DNA from: Takakia lepidozioides
Lineage: Eukaryota; Plantae; Bryophyta
Assembly (NCBI GenBank): GCA_030704615.1
Contig: CM060732.1
Span: 76,756,001-76,820,000, forward strand
Reading direction: 5' to 3'
DNA length: 64,000 bases
Below the pieces are notes generated by a model that saw only the letters and a list, made by a program, of their open reading frames with translations, was not told where the DNA came from and ran no database searches. Both the position numbers and the translations under genes were made by a program. Below, piece by piece: positions 63,980-64,000 of this stretch. Within the stretch, counting starts at the first letter, position 1, and every line of letters begins with the position of its first letter.

Positions 63980-64000
63980 ATTTAGTATACCTCTCCGCGC

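Noticed and set aside
63989-64000. ACCTCTC after the right TSD resembling the start of another TIR
   Set aside because: Only a 6-bp match at the window edge, which is not enough evidence.

Overview
Eukaryotic nuclear DNA from a land plant, probably a non-seed/bryophyte-grade species (short GT-AG introns, PLS-class PPR fragment, plant-type SMG7 and ISCA1). The first 39 kb holds two host genes (ISCA1, SMG7), a PPR pseudogene, a decayed Ty1/copia element, and a Dualen/RandI-like LINE (RT, chromodomain-like motif, RNase H, RLE) split by a Ty3/gypsy chromovirus with a clean 5-bp TSD. The last 24.4 kb (39607-63979) is one Mutator-like DNA transposon with long GC-rich TIRs and a perfect 9-bp TSD (ATTTAGTAT). 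It carries a dead SWIM-MULE transposase, a Ulp1-like protease, an unknown Zn-finger gene and a captured gypsy RT fragment. Nested inside it is a second, 11.7-kb Mutator-like element (44818-56510; short TIRs, 8/9 TSD). This inner element encodes a GCM-like/MULE/SWIM transposase and, divergently, a 10-exon gene fusing a ParB/Srx-like domain to a beta-class N4C/N6A DNA methyltransferase-like domain. The predicted first intron of that gene is a tandem array of 11 x 116-bp units, each built around a 40-bp palindrome. This transposon-borne ParB-MTase plus palindromic array is the best candidate for an undescribed system. All calls come from manual motif reading; no database searches were run.
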